DNA of 64,000 bases, taken from positions 186,001 to 250,000 of the forward strand of contig NW_013657671.1 in the NCBI RefSeq assembly GCF_000142905.1, written 5' to 3'. The position numbers and the translations under genes are program-made. The first letter of the stretch is position 1; each line of letters starts with the position of its first letter. Of the stretch, positions 33,102 to 44,807 are shown in pieces. The notes under the pieces were generated by a model. The model did not search any database and was not told the DNA's origin. It saw only the letters and a program-made list of their open reading frames with translations. Source of the stretch: Thecamonas trahens ATCC 50062. Taxonomy: Eukaryota > Protista > Apusomonadida.

Positions 33102-36100
33102 ATGGATACCAAAGTAGCGCTGGACGCCGGCGCGTCGCTCGCCCGGCTGCAACGGTCGTTCCCGGCCGTGACCGACTACGTGCCTGTGGCAGAGCCATCG
33201 CCGGCGACAGACACCTCCGTTCCAGCTCGGAGACGATCACCGTCGCTCTCTCGCGCCTCTCTTCTCGAGGCTTTGGCACCAGATGAGGCTGACTCTCGTG
33301 GTGATGGAGCTCGCCGCAGATCGCTCTTGGTCACTCAGGCGCGCGCTGCCTGCATCGCCGGTCAGCTGGCCGAGGCTCGCGCAGCCGGTGGCGGCCTCCT
33401 CCTCCTCCCGCCCGGACTCGGCTTTCATCCTTCAGGCTTTGAGGCCACGTTGGATCAGATTCCACGAACGATGGCGATTGGCCTCACTGCAGCAGGGCTT
33501 GACGACGCGCTTGCCTACGACGATGCCAGCGGCGGGTTCATCCATCTGCTCGCCCGCTCGGCCCCAGCAGTCCAGTGGCTCTCGCTGGCTGGCAATGCAC
33601 TGACTCAAGCTGCTCCGATTGTCTCGGCGCTCTCGTCGCTACACACGCTCTCGCTCCGACTCAACGTCATCGATGATGCGGGCCTGGCCGCTCTGGGCGA
33701 CGTACTGCCCTCGTCACGCATCGCCATCCTCTCGCTCGCTCTCAATGCCTTTACCGCAAATGGGCTCGCCCACTTTGCTCGCAACGCCTTGCCCAACTGC
33801 CGCTCTCTGGTCTCACTCGATCTATCGGGCAACGTAGTCGATGCCGCTGCGGCCTCGGCGCTCGGCTCGGCCATCCTGTCCCTCTCGTCACTGGCTGCGC
33901 TCTCTCTTGCCGCCTGCGGTCTCGACAGCCTTGCCGCCCTGCATTTGGCTGCCATTCTTCCGGCAGCACGCAGCCTCCTTCACCTCAATCTAGCCTCCAA
34001 CACACTGAGTGACGAAGGCTGCCAGTTCCTGGCCACCGCCCTCGCCAGGCCTGTCGCCCTCACCCATCTCGATCTTTCTTACAATGCTGTGTCGGACTCG
34101 GGTGGCCATGCTCTGGCCGCACCTTTGGCTTCTGTGGTTTCGGCGCCAGCGCTGGCACACCTCTCGCTTCGCGGTAATGGCATCGGCTTCTCGGCCGCTC
34201 TCGCCCTTGTCCGATCCGTTGCCTCGGCTCCGCTCGACGGCGTACTGCGAACTCAGATTGATCTTGCAGGCAACGGGTTCTCCTCCGCCAACATTGATAG
34301 TCTCTTGCTAGCCGCAGGGCCACGCCGCGAAGATATTCTCCTCATCCACGATCCTGGCACCGCAGTCCCTCAGCCGGGCACCTCGCTTCCGTCGGGCTCA
34401 GCTTACGCCACATCGGGGACCAGTGGCCTCGGCCCCACCACGGCTCCACACCGGCCTCACCCGCTCAGCGTATGACTGATGCGACGCAGCGCCAGCTCAA
34501 CCTTGCTACCCATCTCGCCACTAAGCGCCGGCTCAACCTTGATGCTCTTCTGGCAGCTCCGTTTGTTCCTGAACCGCCCGAACCGACGCTCCGCAAGCTC
34601 CAACTCGAGGGCTCGTCTGTCGAGGCCTCATATCCCAGCGACGCTCTCCCCAACGTTCATCCGTGGCATGTAGGCTCGCAAGTTCCAGGCTTCTCGCGCA
34701 TGTCTCCCTTTGCATCGCCCATCCGCGGACCGGATGGGACCCTCGTTCCCCCGCCGCAATGGGAGCCACACTACGTGGCCTCGCTCCACCGCTCTGCCCG
34801 CTCTGCCGACCGCCTCTCGCTCGATGCTCACGCTTATGCGCTTGAACTTACGCCGTCCCATTCGCACTTGACTGCCACAGACGCAGTATCCGCTACGGGC
34901 AAAGATGGCGATGAATCGGACGTTGTCCGGCTCGGACATGGCCCGCTGCCGCGAGTCATGGAGCTCGAGGGCCAGTTTCCGCTCTCGCTCTTAGCCTTGC
35001 TTGACCTCACCTCGGCGCCGCGGCTGCTCGCTACTGTTCTTGAGCAGCACCGGCAGGCCAAGGCTCAACTCGGGACTGTCGTCGAGTACAAGACGGTGGC
35101 ATGGCCGGCGCCTGAACGACGAACCTCAATCGCGACCCCACCGCCACTCTTGGCCTCACTCAACGCAACCAAGTTGCGGCTCAACCTCTCGTCGACCGAC
35201 TTTCTCAACACCTCGGTCCCGGTGAAGCGGATGGCTCCTGAGCTGCGGCAGCGCAGGCCATCAGGACCAACCACTGCCAAGCTTGCTACCCTCGCTGCCG
35301 CGCTCAAGGCCGCACAGGAGAGCGACAGCGAAGTCTCACCATCCACGCTTGCGGAGTGGTCGGTACAGCTCGATGACGTTGTTGCTAGCTCGGCACCAGT
35401 GATCTCTCCTGGCTCACGCTTCCTGACCGGCGAAGTCTCGCCGCCAGCCACCCCGCTCTCCACTGCTGTCGCCGCCCGCCTTGCCGCCATGAGCTATGAC
35501 CTCAACTCCTCGTTTGAGTCGATGTCTATCGAGCTGGATAAGTCGACTGAGGCTCTCAAACTCGACGCGCTGCACTCGACACCGCCTCCGGCTGTCGCCT
35601 CAGTTGGCCGTACACCCACCACCCGGCACCAACGCACGTTTGCCATCCGATCGCAAACTCGGTCTGTCACCGACATCCACTCGGCGTCGTCGACCAGCTC
35701 AAGCTCGGAGAGCCACTCGCAGTCCTCCGACTCGAACACGGGGTATGTCGAGGTTGTCTCGCCCTTTTCGCACAGCATGCAGCAAGTTGCTGTCGACGAT
35801 CGGCCCACGCCGTCGCCGCAGAACGTGACGCCGGCCCCGGCGCATGGCTCACCCGAAATGCAAATGCTGTCGCCAGAGCAAGCTTGCGACTCGCCAATCC
35901 GCAGTCTCTCATTGGCAAGCGAGCTGTCCGAGTTTGAGCCGTCGGCATCCTCGGGTTCCCAGACTTCGTCGTCGCGGTGCAATGTCGACACGCCGCTTGC
36001 CTTTCTCCCTACCATCAAGCTTCAGGTGGCATCGTCAATTGGGGAATTGGGTGCCAGTGCCGAGTTGGCGTACAAGGACGACCTTGCTGGCCCCATCGGC

Positions 36101-38098
36101 ACGTATGCAAAAGTCACCAACCGTCACAACAAATCGTGGTGCAAGCGGTGGGTTTACCTCGACCCGTCTACCGGAACGCTCACGCTGTTCAAGAAGCAGA
36201 AGCACAAAGCCCATGTCGACCGCCTCTTTTTGACAGACAACAACGAATGGACCCTTATTCGTGACCGCAGCAAGATGCGCAAGCGCAAGATGACCTGGCC
36301 GACCCTCCTCCTCGGCTCGCCGCGAATCGGCAAGAGGTACTGGTTCAAGTTTGGCTCCGCCGATGAGACCGAGCACTGGGCTGCGGCCATCACTGGCATT
36401 CTCAACGCTACCATTCTTGCCTCGCTAGCGGCGGATGCGTTCCTCATGGACTCTGACCCGTCGCTAGGCAGCAGCAACAACAACTTGGACGATGCGGATG
36501 ATGCTGCTGCCGATTGTGGTGATCATGTCTCTGGAGGGACTGACAGCGAAAAGCTTAGCAGCGCTATGGAGTGCTCACACCAACTTATCATGGCACATCT
36601 TGACCGCCAGAACAACTCGCACGATTTTGTGGACGAGAGTCAGGAGAGTGGCTCTGACTCTGGCCCTCGCCATGTGGTTATGGCCTCGAACGATCTCCTG
36701 CACCACGACTCAGCCATCTCGTTTGGCAGCCCGCCCTCTGTCCACTATGCACCGTTGACGCCCTCCGACGTTGTGGAGCACGACGACGCCACTGGCAGCG
36801 CCGATCCAGGCAGCGCGCTGCCGCGAACCATGTCGCGTGCCGAGACTCAGTCGATGTCCCAATCCACCTCGTTTGCCACAGACCGCGGTTCGGGCGACGA
36901 TCCAACTGCAAGCTCAGACGGCGAGATTGAGCCCCCGGAGCACTCGTCGATGCCAGCGCCGGCAACCGGTAGCAAGCTCGAACCGCCATCTATTGTGGCG
37001 CGCAAGCCACACATGACGCTGTCGATGCTCAAGCGGCCGTCGCTTACGTTCTCGTCATCATCGCGGACAGCGACGCCGTCCAACTTGCAGGTTACGACGG
37101 GGCCGGATGCTAGCGTGTCGTCGCGCCTCAAGTCACCGCAGGTCCCGCGGCTTCCGGACCTGAGCAATCTTCCGGGTGACGCCGAGTCGGACAACGAGTC
37201 CAACTCCAACTCTGGCTCTGCTGGCTCGCGCGACGAGCACCCGGCCGCAGGCCTTCCCCACGCTGGCATCGGCATTGAGATCGATCATGGCGATGTCGGA
37301 AGCCTCGGCTCGTATCGCCGGAGATCAAGCCACCACTCGAGGTCGCAGAGGCTCAACGCTCGGGCCTCGCCGCGGACTCCATCGCGGAACGTTCTGATGA
37401 AGTACTCACTCACGCCCAAGGGCGGCACCAACTCGCCGCGCGACTCACCGCGGGCGTCGGCTAGTGACGACATCCAGCGATCCATGCCATGGCTCTCGCT
37501 TGTCACAGCGGCCGACGTACTCGCGCTGGCCGACCTGCAGTCAAATCGGCTTGCTGAGGTTCCAGTCTCGCTCGTGGTCGACAACGGCAGCACGCCACGC
37601 TCTGGCTATCTGCTCGTCCTCGACCTCCACGCCCGGAGTGTGTCGCTTGTTCGAAAGCGACGAATGCGCAAGAACACCGTGCTTGCCTCGTGGCTTCTCA
37701 TCCAGACCCGCACGCTGCCGCGGACTGTTGACAACGACTCGTTTACGCTGGAAAAGGCAGCCGTCGATGCACCGATGAGCGCCCTCTCGCCGCCGTTTGC
37801 GTCGGATGCCGGCGCCGATGCTTATGTCTTGGCCGCCAAGGATGAGTCGCGCGTTCGCATCCTGGCCCTTTTTGACGCCTTCCGGCGGACTGCGCGCGGC
37901 TCGCCCGAGTGCAAGGTGTTGATGGGCAAGACGTGCAGGGTAGCCTACGCCATCCAGGGCTCCGAGCTGTACAAGCATGCCCGGGGCGCTCTTGTTCATG
38001 TTGACAAGATCATCTGCGGCGGCTGGCTTCGGATCACCGACTCGCGTCGCGACACGTCATACCTGCACGCGGTCACGCTGCGAGCCATTCACGATTAA
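33102..38098 (+). CDS. RI-like LRR + PH domain protein (ORFs 33102-34475 and 34472-38098, probably one gene with a 1-base break near 34433-34447)
   Basis: LxxLxLxxNxI/LxxxG repeats (LLHLNLASNTLSDEG, LTHLDLSYNAVSDSG); PH-like SWCKRWVYLD..GTLTLFK...ETEHWAAAI; ORFs overlap at ATGA in -1 register. Confidence 0.7.
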
Positions 38099-38160
38099 CC
38101 TTTAGCCGCACGGTCGCTCGGGCGTGTTGTCGCGCGCCTCAATAGCCTCAAAGTGAACAT
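38095..38160 (-). repeat. Dispersed ~60-bp repeat copy (partner at 17435-17489, + strand)
   Basis: tgttcactttgag[gctattgag]gcgcgcgacaacacgcccgagcgaccgtgcggctaaagg versus tgttcactttgagacgcgcgacaacgcgtccgaacgaccgaaccgctaaggg. Confidence 0.75.
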
Positions 38161-38320
38161 AACAGTCCTCGCACCCTCCTGTCGCCGCCACGCGCCAGCC
38201 ACGCGCCGGCTGCTACGCACGCGCCATCGGCAACAAATGAGTCTCTGGCGGGGCGCGAGTGGCAGACGCGCCTCATGGACTGCTTTCTGATGTGGCACGT
38301 CAGGAAAAGCTGATCCGGGG

Positions 38321-41075
38321 TCAAAACGCTTGCTCCTCGTCCTCGCTTGCAAGAGCAGCTTCTGCTGGCAATCGCTGTGGTGAGCCCTTGGCTGCAATGT
38401 CCGACGCTGTTTGCGCCAGCCGAACTTGGAGGCCTTCGAGCGCGCCGACTTGCGCCTGGCGCGTTGCCCGATCAGCGGGGTGTCTGCTGCAAGTGAAGCG
38501 CGGAGCTTGGCAACCACTGTGCCGACCATCGCCTCGAGTTGGGCAATGCGGGCCTCAAACTCGCGGACAACCTCTGCGCGCTGCGAGCGCTCGCGGACGA
38601 GCGCTACGTGCTCGGCCTCGTACATAGCTGTTGCACGAGCAGTCATGGCGCGGGCATCAGCAAGCTGGGCTTCCAGGTGGTCTGTATGCACCTTGGCGTC
38701 CGTTCGCTCCTCACGGACCGGCGACAGCGGAGGGCCGGCGGCAACGGCGGCGACAGCCTGTGCGCTTTCAAGCTCGGCTCGGAGTGCGGCAGCGTCGGCC
38801 AGCGCGTCATCGACCTGGCTCTTGTACAGCCGCTGCGTGTGCTCCAGCGCCGATGCCTGCTCCTCGTAAAGAGCCGCAAGCTTTGTCTGCTGGCTCCGCA
38901 TGTCGGCGATCTGCAGCTTGCGTGAGTCGGCCAGCTGCGTTGCGCGCTCGAGTTGGTCGGCAAGGTCCTCGACCTGCGACCGCATGGCTGCGAGCTGAAC
39001 CGGCGTGACCTCCAGCGATTGCGAGGATGCGTCACCGCGCGCCTCAGCGACGCGCAGTGCAGCGGCGAGCTCGTCACGCTCCAGCTCCAGCGCCACGGTC
39101 TTGGACTCGAGCGCACGGTAGGCGTTTCGCGCCTGAGACAGCTCGTCGGCACCCTTAGCGAGCTTACGCTTTTGATCGCCGAGTGCCTGCTTGTACGACG
39201 CCAGCGCGGCACCGGCCGACGCCTCGTACGCGGCGTGCGAAGCCTTCATGTTCGCCAGTGAGCTCTCGTACTGTCCGGCCAGCTGTGTCCAATGGTCGGT
39301 GAGCGAGCTCAGCTGTGCGCCAAGCTCGGTCTTGGCAGCCTCCACCGACGTGATCTGCTTCCGCAATGCCTCCAACTCCCGCTCCGACGAAGGCGGGGGC
39401 TAGCAGGCACATCGGCCACTGCTGCGCTTGCTTCTGCAGCCTGTCCCTGACGTGCGATAGCGGCGGTCCGGACCGAGTCCAGCTCGGCCGCAAGCTTGGA
39501 GGCTCGGGCGGTGGCAGCGGCAATGCGCTCATTGGCGGCGGCGTCGACAACGGCAAGCTTTGCAGCAGCACTTGCTTCCTGGGCCACCAGCTGGTCGTGG
39601 AGCTCGGAAACCTTGGCGCGCGCAGCCTCGGCCTCAGCCTGTGACGCGTTGAGCTGGTCACGAAGCGCAGAGAGGGTGGCGGCATCAGCAAGGCGGGCGG
39701 CGGCGTGTGCGGTCTTGACTTCGTCGAGCGCAGCGGCATGCTTGGCCGCAGTAGCGTTCTGCATGGCCCGAAGGTCGGCAAGTTGCTGGCGTACGCCGGC
39801 GGACGCCGAGGGCGATGCAGGTGGCGGCGAAGCTTGTGCGGTGGCGGCAGCCGCCGCCTTGAGGTTAGCTAGCTCGGTTTTGAGAAGCGCAACCATGCGT
39901 GCAAGCTCGGCATCCGGCTCTCTCTCGTGCATCGAGTCGTTAAGCGCCGACGAGACCATGTCGGCGTCAAACGAGGCCGAGACAACACGCTGGGTGGAGA
40001 GCTCGGACTCGACCGACCGAATGTGTTGGGCAACCGAGGATGCGCGCGACTCGGCGGCTGCGAGCGCGTCGCGAAGCGCCGCAATCTCCACGTGGGCCTC
40101 GGCAGTCTCGGCTTCGGCGTCGAGCGCGTCTTGGGTGGCAGCAGTGTAGTCAGTAGAGACTTGTTCGAGCTCGGCACGAAGGGCATCGCTACGGGCGGTG
40201 GCCCGTGCCACGGCATCCTTGGCCACGCGAGCGCGCTCGATAGCGGCGTCGCGCTCGCGGTGTGCTGCGCCGAGCTGGGCACGCAGCTCTGCGATTTGGA
40301 CCTCGACCGCGTCGGACGTTTCGTCAGCCTGTGCGGCGTGGCTCTCGGCGAGCCGGAGCGCATCCAGCTGACGCTCCGCAGCGCGTAGCTTTGCGTCGGC
40401 ATCGGATGCAGCCACAAGCGCGGCGTCACGGGCGGTGGCGGCGGTGTCGGCTGCGTCGCGGGCGTCGTCGCGGGCGGCTTCCAGCACAGCGATGGTACGC
40501 AGGGCGTCGTCGAGCTCTGCACGCAGCGCATCACGCTGGGCCTGTGCATCCGCCAGTTGCATGCGGAGCTCGGAAACAAGAGCGTGCGACTCGCCCGAGG
40601 CCAGTGACGAGTCTGCGTGAGCGCGCTGTGCGGCGCGAGCAGCATCTGCCCGGGCGGCCTCGGCCTCTGCACAGCGGGCCTCCAGCGAGCGAATGGTTTC
40701 GAGGGCAGCAGCCGAGTCAGCCTGGGCACGTCCGCGGTAGGCATCCAGGGCAGCGAGAGTCTCCTTGTGGGCCTTGACTACCACCATGTGCTTGGCGGTG
40801 ACCTCCTTGAGCTTGGCAGCCAACTCGAGTGCGTCTCCCTGAGCCTTTGCCTTGGACTTTTGCAGCTGTCCATTAAGTCGCTCCAGGACCTCCACTCTCT
40901 GCTCTGCCGTCCGTGCTGCCGCCTGTGCCGTTGCCAGCTCCTCGCCCGGGTCATGCTGTGCGCTCCGCAGCGAATGCAGTTGTGCCGCCAGTGCTGTGTG
41001 CTCCTTACGGAGGGTGGCGTTCATGGCCTCCAACCGGGCTGTCCGCTGGCTAGGGGACTCACTCTCGGTCGCCAT
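38321..41075 (-). CDS. Long Ala-rich coiled-coil protein (frame breaks at 39395-39399 and 38477-38480)
   Basis: MATESES... heptad-rich; single added C bases join SPPPSSERELEALRKQ and ADTPADRATRQ...EEQAF* (TGA 38321-38323). Confidence 0.7.
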
Positions 41076-41307
41076 GACAATGGGGGATGCGGGTAGTAGT
41101 GCGGGAGGGGTAGGAGGGGGGTGGGGGTGGGGAGGAGTGGTGGGGTGTTGGGGAGGGGGAAGGGGGAGGGGGGGGGGAGGGGGGTGTGGCGGTGGCGGTG
41201 CTGGTGGTTGCTGACACGAATCGGCGACAGGCGGCGTGCGGGGGCTGATGGGCACGACAGAGAAAGAGGAGGACGGAGTTGTGGTTATGCTGGACGGAGA
41301 GCTAGAG

Positions 41308-42919
41308 CTAGACGTCGGCAAAGAGGTTGGAGACCGAGCCGAGGGCGGAATGATCGATTTTGGACGTCCGCTCCTTGCGGCGCTTGTTGAGGATGGCTTC
41401 AGTGGCGGCGGCGGCCGAGGTGGGGACTGAGACCGTCTCCTGGCGCTTGCGCTTGCGAGTCTTGGGCTTCTTGGCCTTGGGCTCAATGCCACGGGCCCGA
41501 TCTTCAGCTTCCTTCTTGGCCTTGGCCTTTTGGCTCTTGAGGTAGTCCTTGTTCATCGCCTTCCACACAGCCGACTTGAACTTGACTTCGCGGTCCGATA
41601 GGATAAAGGCGTCGAGCTCTTCGTCGTCAAGATCGTCAAGGTTGTCATCGTCACCACCGCTATCCTCGGCCTGGTTCGCAGGAGCGGGCACTGCACTCTG
41701 GCTTTCGGTCTCAGCGGCCGAAGCTTGGGATGCAGGCGGTGGGGCGGCCTGTGACGACGACGGGGTCGAGTCGGCGCTGGGGGGAGGCGCGGGAAGAGGA
41801 GGTCGTAGTCGTGCTGGCTCTGCAGGCCGCGCGCAAAGTCTTCGAGCGAGAGGTTGTTGTTGGCCGGCCCAGCATTGTACATCTCCAGCAGTTCCAGCCG
41901 GCGCTTCGAGTCGGCAGTCTCGCGCTCGCGCGAGACAGCAAAGGCCGGCGGATCGGCCTCCTCCTCGATCGAGGTCTCGTTAAACTGGGAGAGCGACATC
42001 TCTGACGACGGCGTTGCCTCAAACTCGCCCAGCCGCTTGCGCAGCGTCAGGTCGCAGATGCGGACGACCTGGGTGATCTCCTTCTGCGTTCGCCGGAAGC
42101 CGTGCATGCGCGCCGCAATGAGCAGGGCCGCGCCGCAGATGCCCGACGGCCGCCGCCCGTGGTGGATCCAGTCGCGCTTCATCGACTGCACCAGCCGAAG
42201 TGCAGACATGGCGACCACATGCTTCTTGGCCCCAAACTCGAGCTTGGCCGCAAACCGGTGGATGTACAGCGACGGGTCGATGACCGGAAGCGTGATGTTG
42301 AGCAACTGCTTGAACTTGAGAAATGTGTTGCCGAGTGTGTACACGTTGGTCTGCAAGACGTCCGAAAAGTCGATGAGCATCAACGGCGCCTTCTCGCGTC
42401 GGCACACAATGTAGAGGCAGGCCGCCACCACGTTCTGCGTCCGCCGGCCTGGATAAAGTTGTGCTGGACAGCAAGGAGAAAGTACCGCTGTGCGGCATCG
42501 ATGTGGCGCGAGTTGAGTTGCAGCGCAGCCGCAACCTGGGTGATCTTCTTTCGTCCGTTGATGATGGTCATCTCACGCGAGTTAATGGAGATCGAGCCGT
42601 ACGATGGGGTAGCCGCGATGGACCGCGCCCCGGTCTCCGACACAAAGGTACCCACGATCGACGATGAGCCATGCGAGTCCTCCTGGAACTGCAGGCCAAA
42701 CACAATCGAGTTCTCCTCTTCCACGTGCCCGCAATTGTTACACGACGAATGCCCTTCTGCACCCGCGCCAATCAGCTCGCCCACCCCACAACGCGGACAC
42801 TTGGCCACCCCGGCTCGTCCGCCTCCACCGCCTCGTCCGCCGCTTCCGCCACCACCGCCACCGCTCACGCCGTTCCCGCCGCCCACACCTGTGCTTTTGC
42901 CTGCAACACGGGCAGACAT
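41308..42919 (-). CDS. BRF1: TFIIIB subunit BRF1 (frame breaks at 42448-42449 and ~41779-41793)
   Basis: Zn ribbon CPRC..CNNCG; FIQGRRTQNVVAACLYIVCR after +G; IDPSLYIHRFA, RLVQSMKRDWI..GRRPSGICGAALL; C-terminal DDEELDAFILSD.E...K..W...N.DYL and SKID. Confidence 0.92.
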
Positions 42920-43243
42920 GTTGACTTGCTTTGCCTGACAGGGCACGGGATGAGTGTTCCTTCAAGACAACTTGACCTTGCCGCTGGCGGGCCTTGCCTG
43001 TGTCGAGAGCTCCTTGGCTCGATCAGTCGGTTCGTGGGCCTTCGATGGCTCTCCCGAATTGGTCGGCTGCGGGCGACATGCCATTACGGCTGATGGGTAT
43101 GCCGACGGATGACGCAGCGCATGAGGATTGGATCGAGATTTAGCTTGACGTAATCTTCTGCATGGTGAATGACGTTGTTGTGGCTATGATTGTGGCTGTG
43201 TTCGACAGGAGTATGGGTGCGTGGGGCTTGCAACGTCGCATCT

Positions 43244-44344
43244 CTAGCAGCGAGACTTGGACTTGACGATCTTGCAGCCCCAGTCTGTGGCGGCGAGGGC
43301 GGCAAAGAGGATGATGCAGAAGACGAGGCAGCAAAAGCCGCCGCCTGCGGCAGACTTGCGGGTGAGACGAATGACCCGGCGAGTCTCTTTCTGCACGGCG
43401 GCTCCGGTGGTGTCGACGTGGCGGTCAAGACGGTCAAGCAGCGGCATCTGCTCATCGAGCTCGCGGTTGATGGCCTGACCAAGCTCCTTCTGCCGTGCCA
43501 CAGTCTGTGCCAGCACGTCCAGCCCGTCGTCCTGCTGGCGCATGATCTGGCTCTGCATCTGCAGCAGATCCTGGTTGTTCTTGTCGATGGTATCCTCCTG
43601 CTCGACAGTCCCCCACCGCGAGCGCTGCTGCCCACTGCTGCTTCCACCCGGCCCGCCCATCAGCGACGCCCGCGACGCCGCACCCGCCACCTTCATCGCC
43701 GCCGACGCCTTCTCCTTCCGCGCCATCAGCGTGGCACACAGATCCCTCCGCCGCGCGCGCTCGCCCTCGGTCCTATATCTCTCCCCTCCCTTCCTGTAAG
43801 TTACTCTACCACTCCCGCCCACCGCTTCTGCTCACCGCCCCCGCTCACCTCTCCTGTCCCTCCCGGTCACACCAAGACTTACACCGGAATGGCATCGACC
43901 CGTGCGCGGAGGGTGTTGACCGACGAGGCCACCAGGCTCAGCTGGCGGTTGATCTTTGAAGTCAGCTACAGCCAAGACAGCACAACATCCATGCATACCA
44001 ACCATTCCCCCCCCCCCCACCACCTCCAAAGATTGAGTAAGTACTTGTCTCCATCATGCTCTTATCTCTGCTTCGCTATATGTATTTGTGTCGGTGATAG
44101 AGGGCGTGGAAGCTCCCGGTAGCAGAAGCAAAAACTGTCGCGTGCGAGCCAATGCGAGGGGGGGAGGGAGGGAGGGGGGGGGGGGGGGGAGTAGGCATGG
44201 TAGGAGGGACAGGGACAGTGTATGTACCGATGAGACATCCTGCCCTGATCTAAGCAGGTTGTTCCGCTGTGTCACATCCTTGTTCACCTCGTTGAGGGCT
44301 GTGACCTGTCGCTGGTACTCGCGGAGCCACTCCTTGTCGGCCAT
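43244..44344 (-). CDS. Qc-SNARE, syntaxin-8/SYP5-like; exons 44344-44228, 43965-43883, 43772(or 43793)-43244
   Basis: MADKEWLREY N-terminus, TEGERARRRDL, SNARE motif QIMRQQDDGLDVL...QKELGQAINRELDEQ..LLD.L, C-terminal TM; GT-AG introns keep frame. Confidence 0.85.
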
Positions 44345-44598
44345 GGCTACCGAGAGGGAGGAGAGGAGAGTGACTGGCTTGATGGCCTTGCCTATGATCG
44401 GGTCGGATGCAGGCGCCGATGTGGTCGGAATACCGTATATGATTACCAGCTATCATCAAGATCATTGTGCAACATGGTATACTTTGCCATCATGACATGC
44501 TGCGCCATGGCTGCCGAGGTGGAAGGAGATCGGTTGGTCGACTACGTGATGGCCTTGCCTATGATCGGGTCGGATGCAGGCGCCGATGTGGTCGGAAT
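44341..44598. repeat. Degenerate 167-bp-period duplication of the syntaxin 5' region
   Basis: gatggccttgcctatgatcgggtcggatgcaggcgccgatgtggtcggaat at 44381 and 44548, each preceded by ccatggct...gag. Confidence 0.85.
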
Positions 44599-44807
44599 GC
44601 CGTCTATGAATACACATCATTGTCATGTTGCGGCACAATGAGGGTCGAATCGGGACATGATCGGGGCTGGGCGAGCCACAGTGAGAGGCTTCGTATTGGT
44701 CTCGGCAGCGTGCCGCGACGTCTCGCACAGGGCACTTGCACCTGTGGAGACAGGCGTACGGCAGGCGGAGAGGTTGCACACCCGACTCTCCCCCATCTCT
44801 TTGCAAC

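Noticed and set aside
21548-42919. Calling myosin, BRF1 and other broken genes pseudogenes
   Set aside because: No premature stops or motif decay apart from single missing bases; BRF1 is normally essential.
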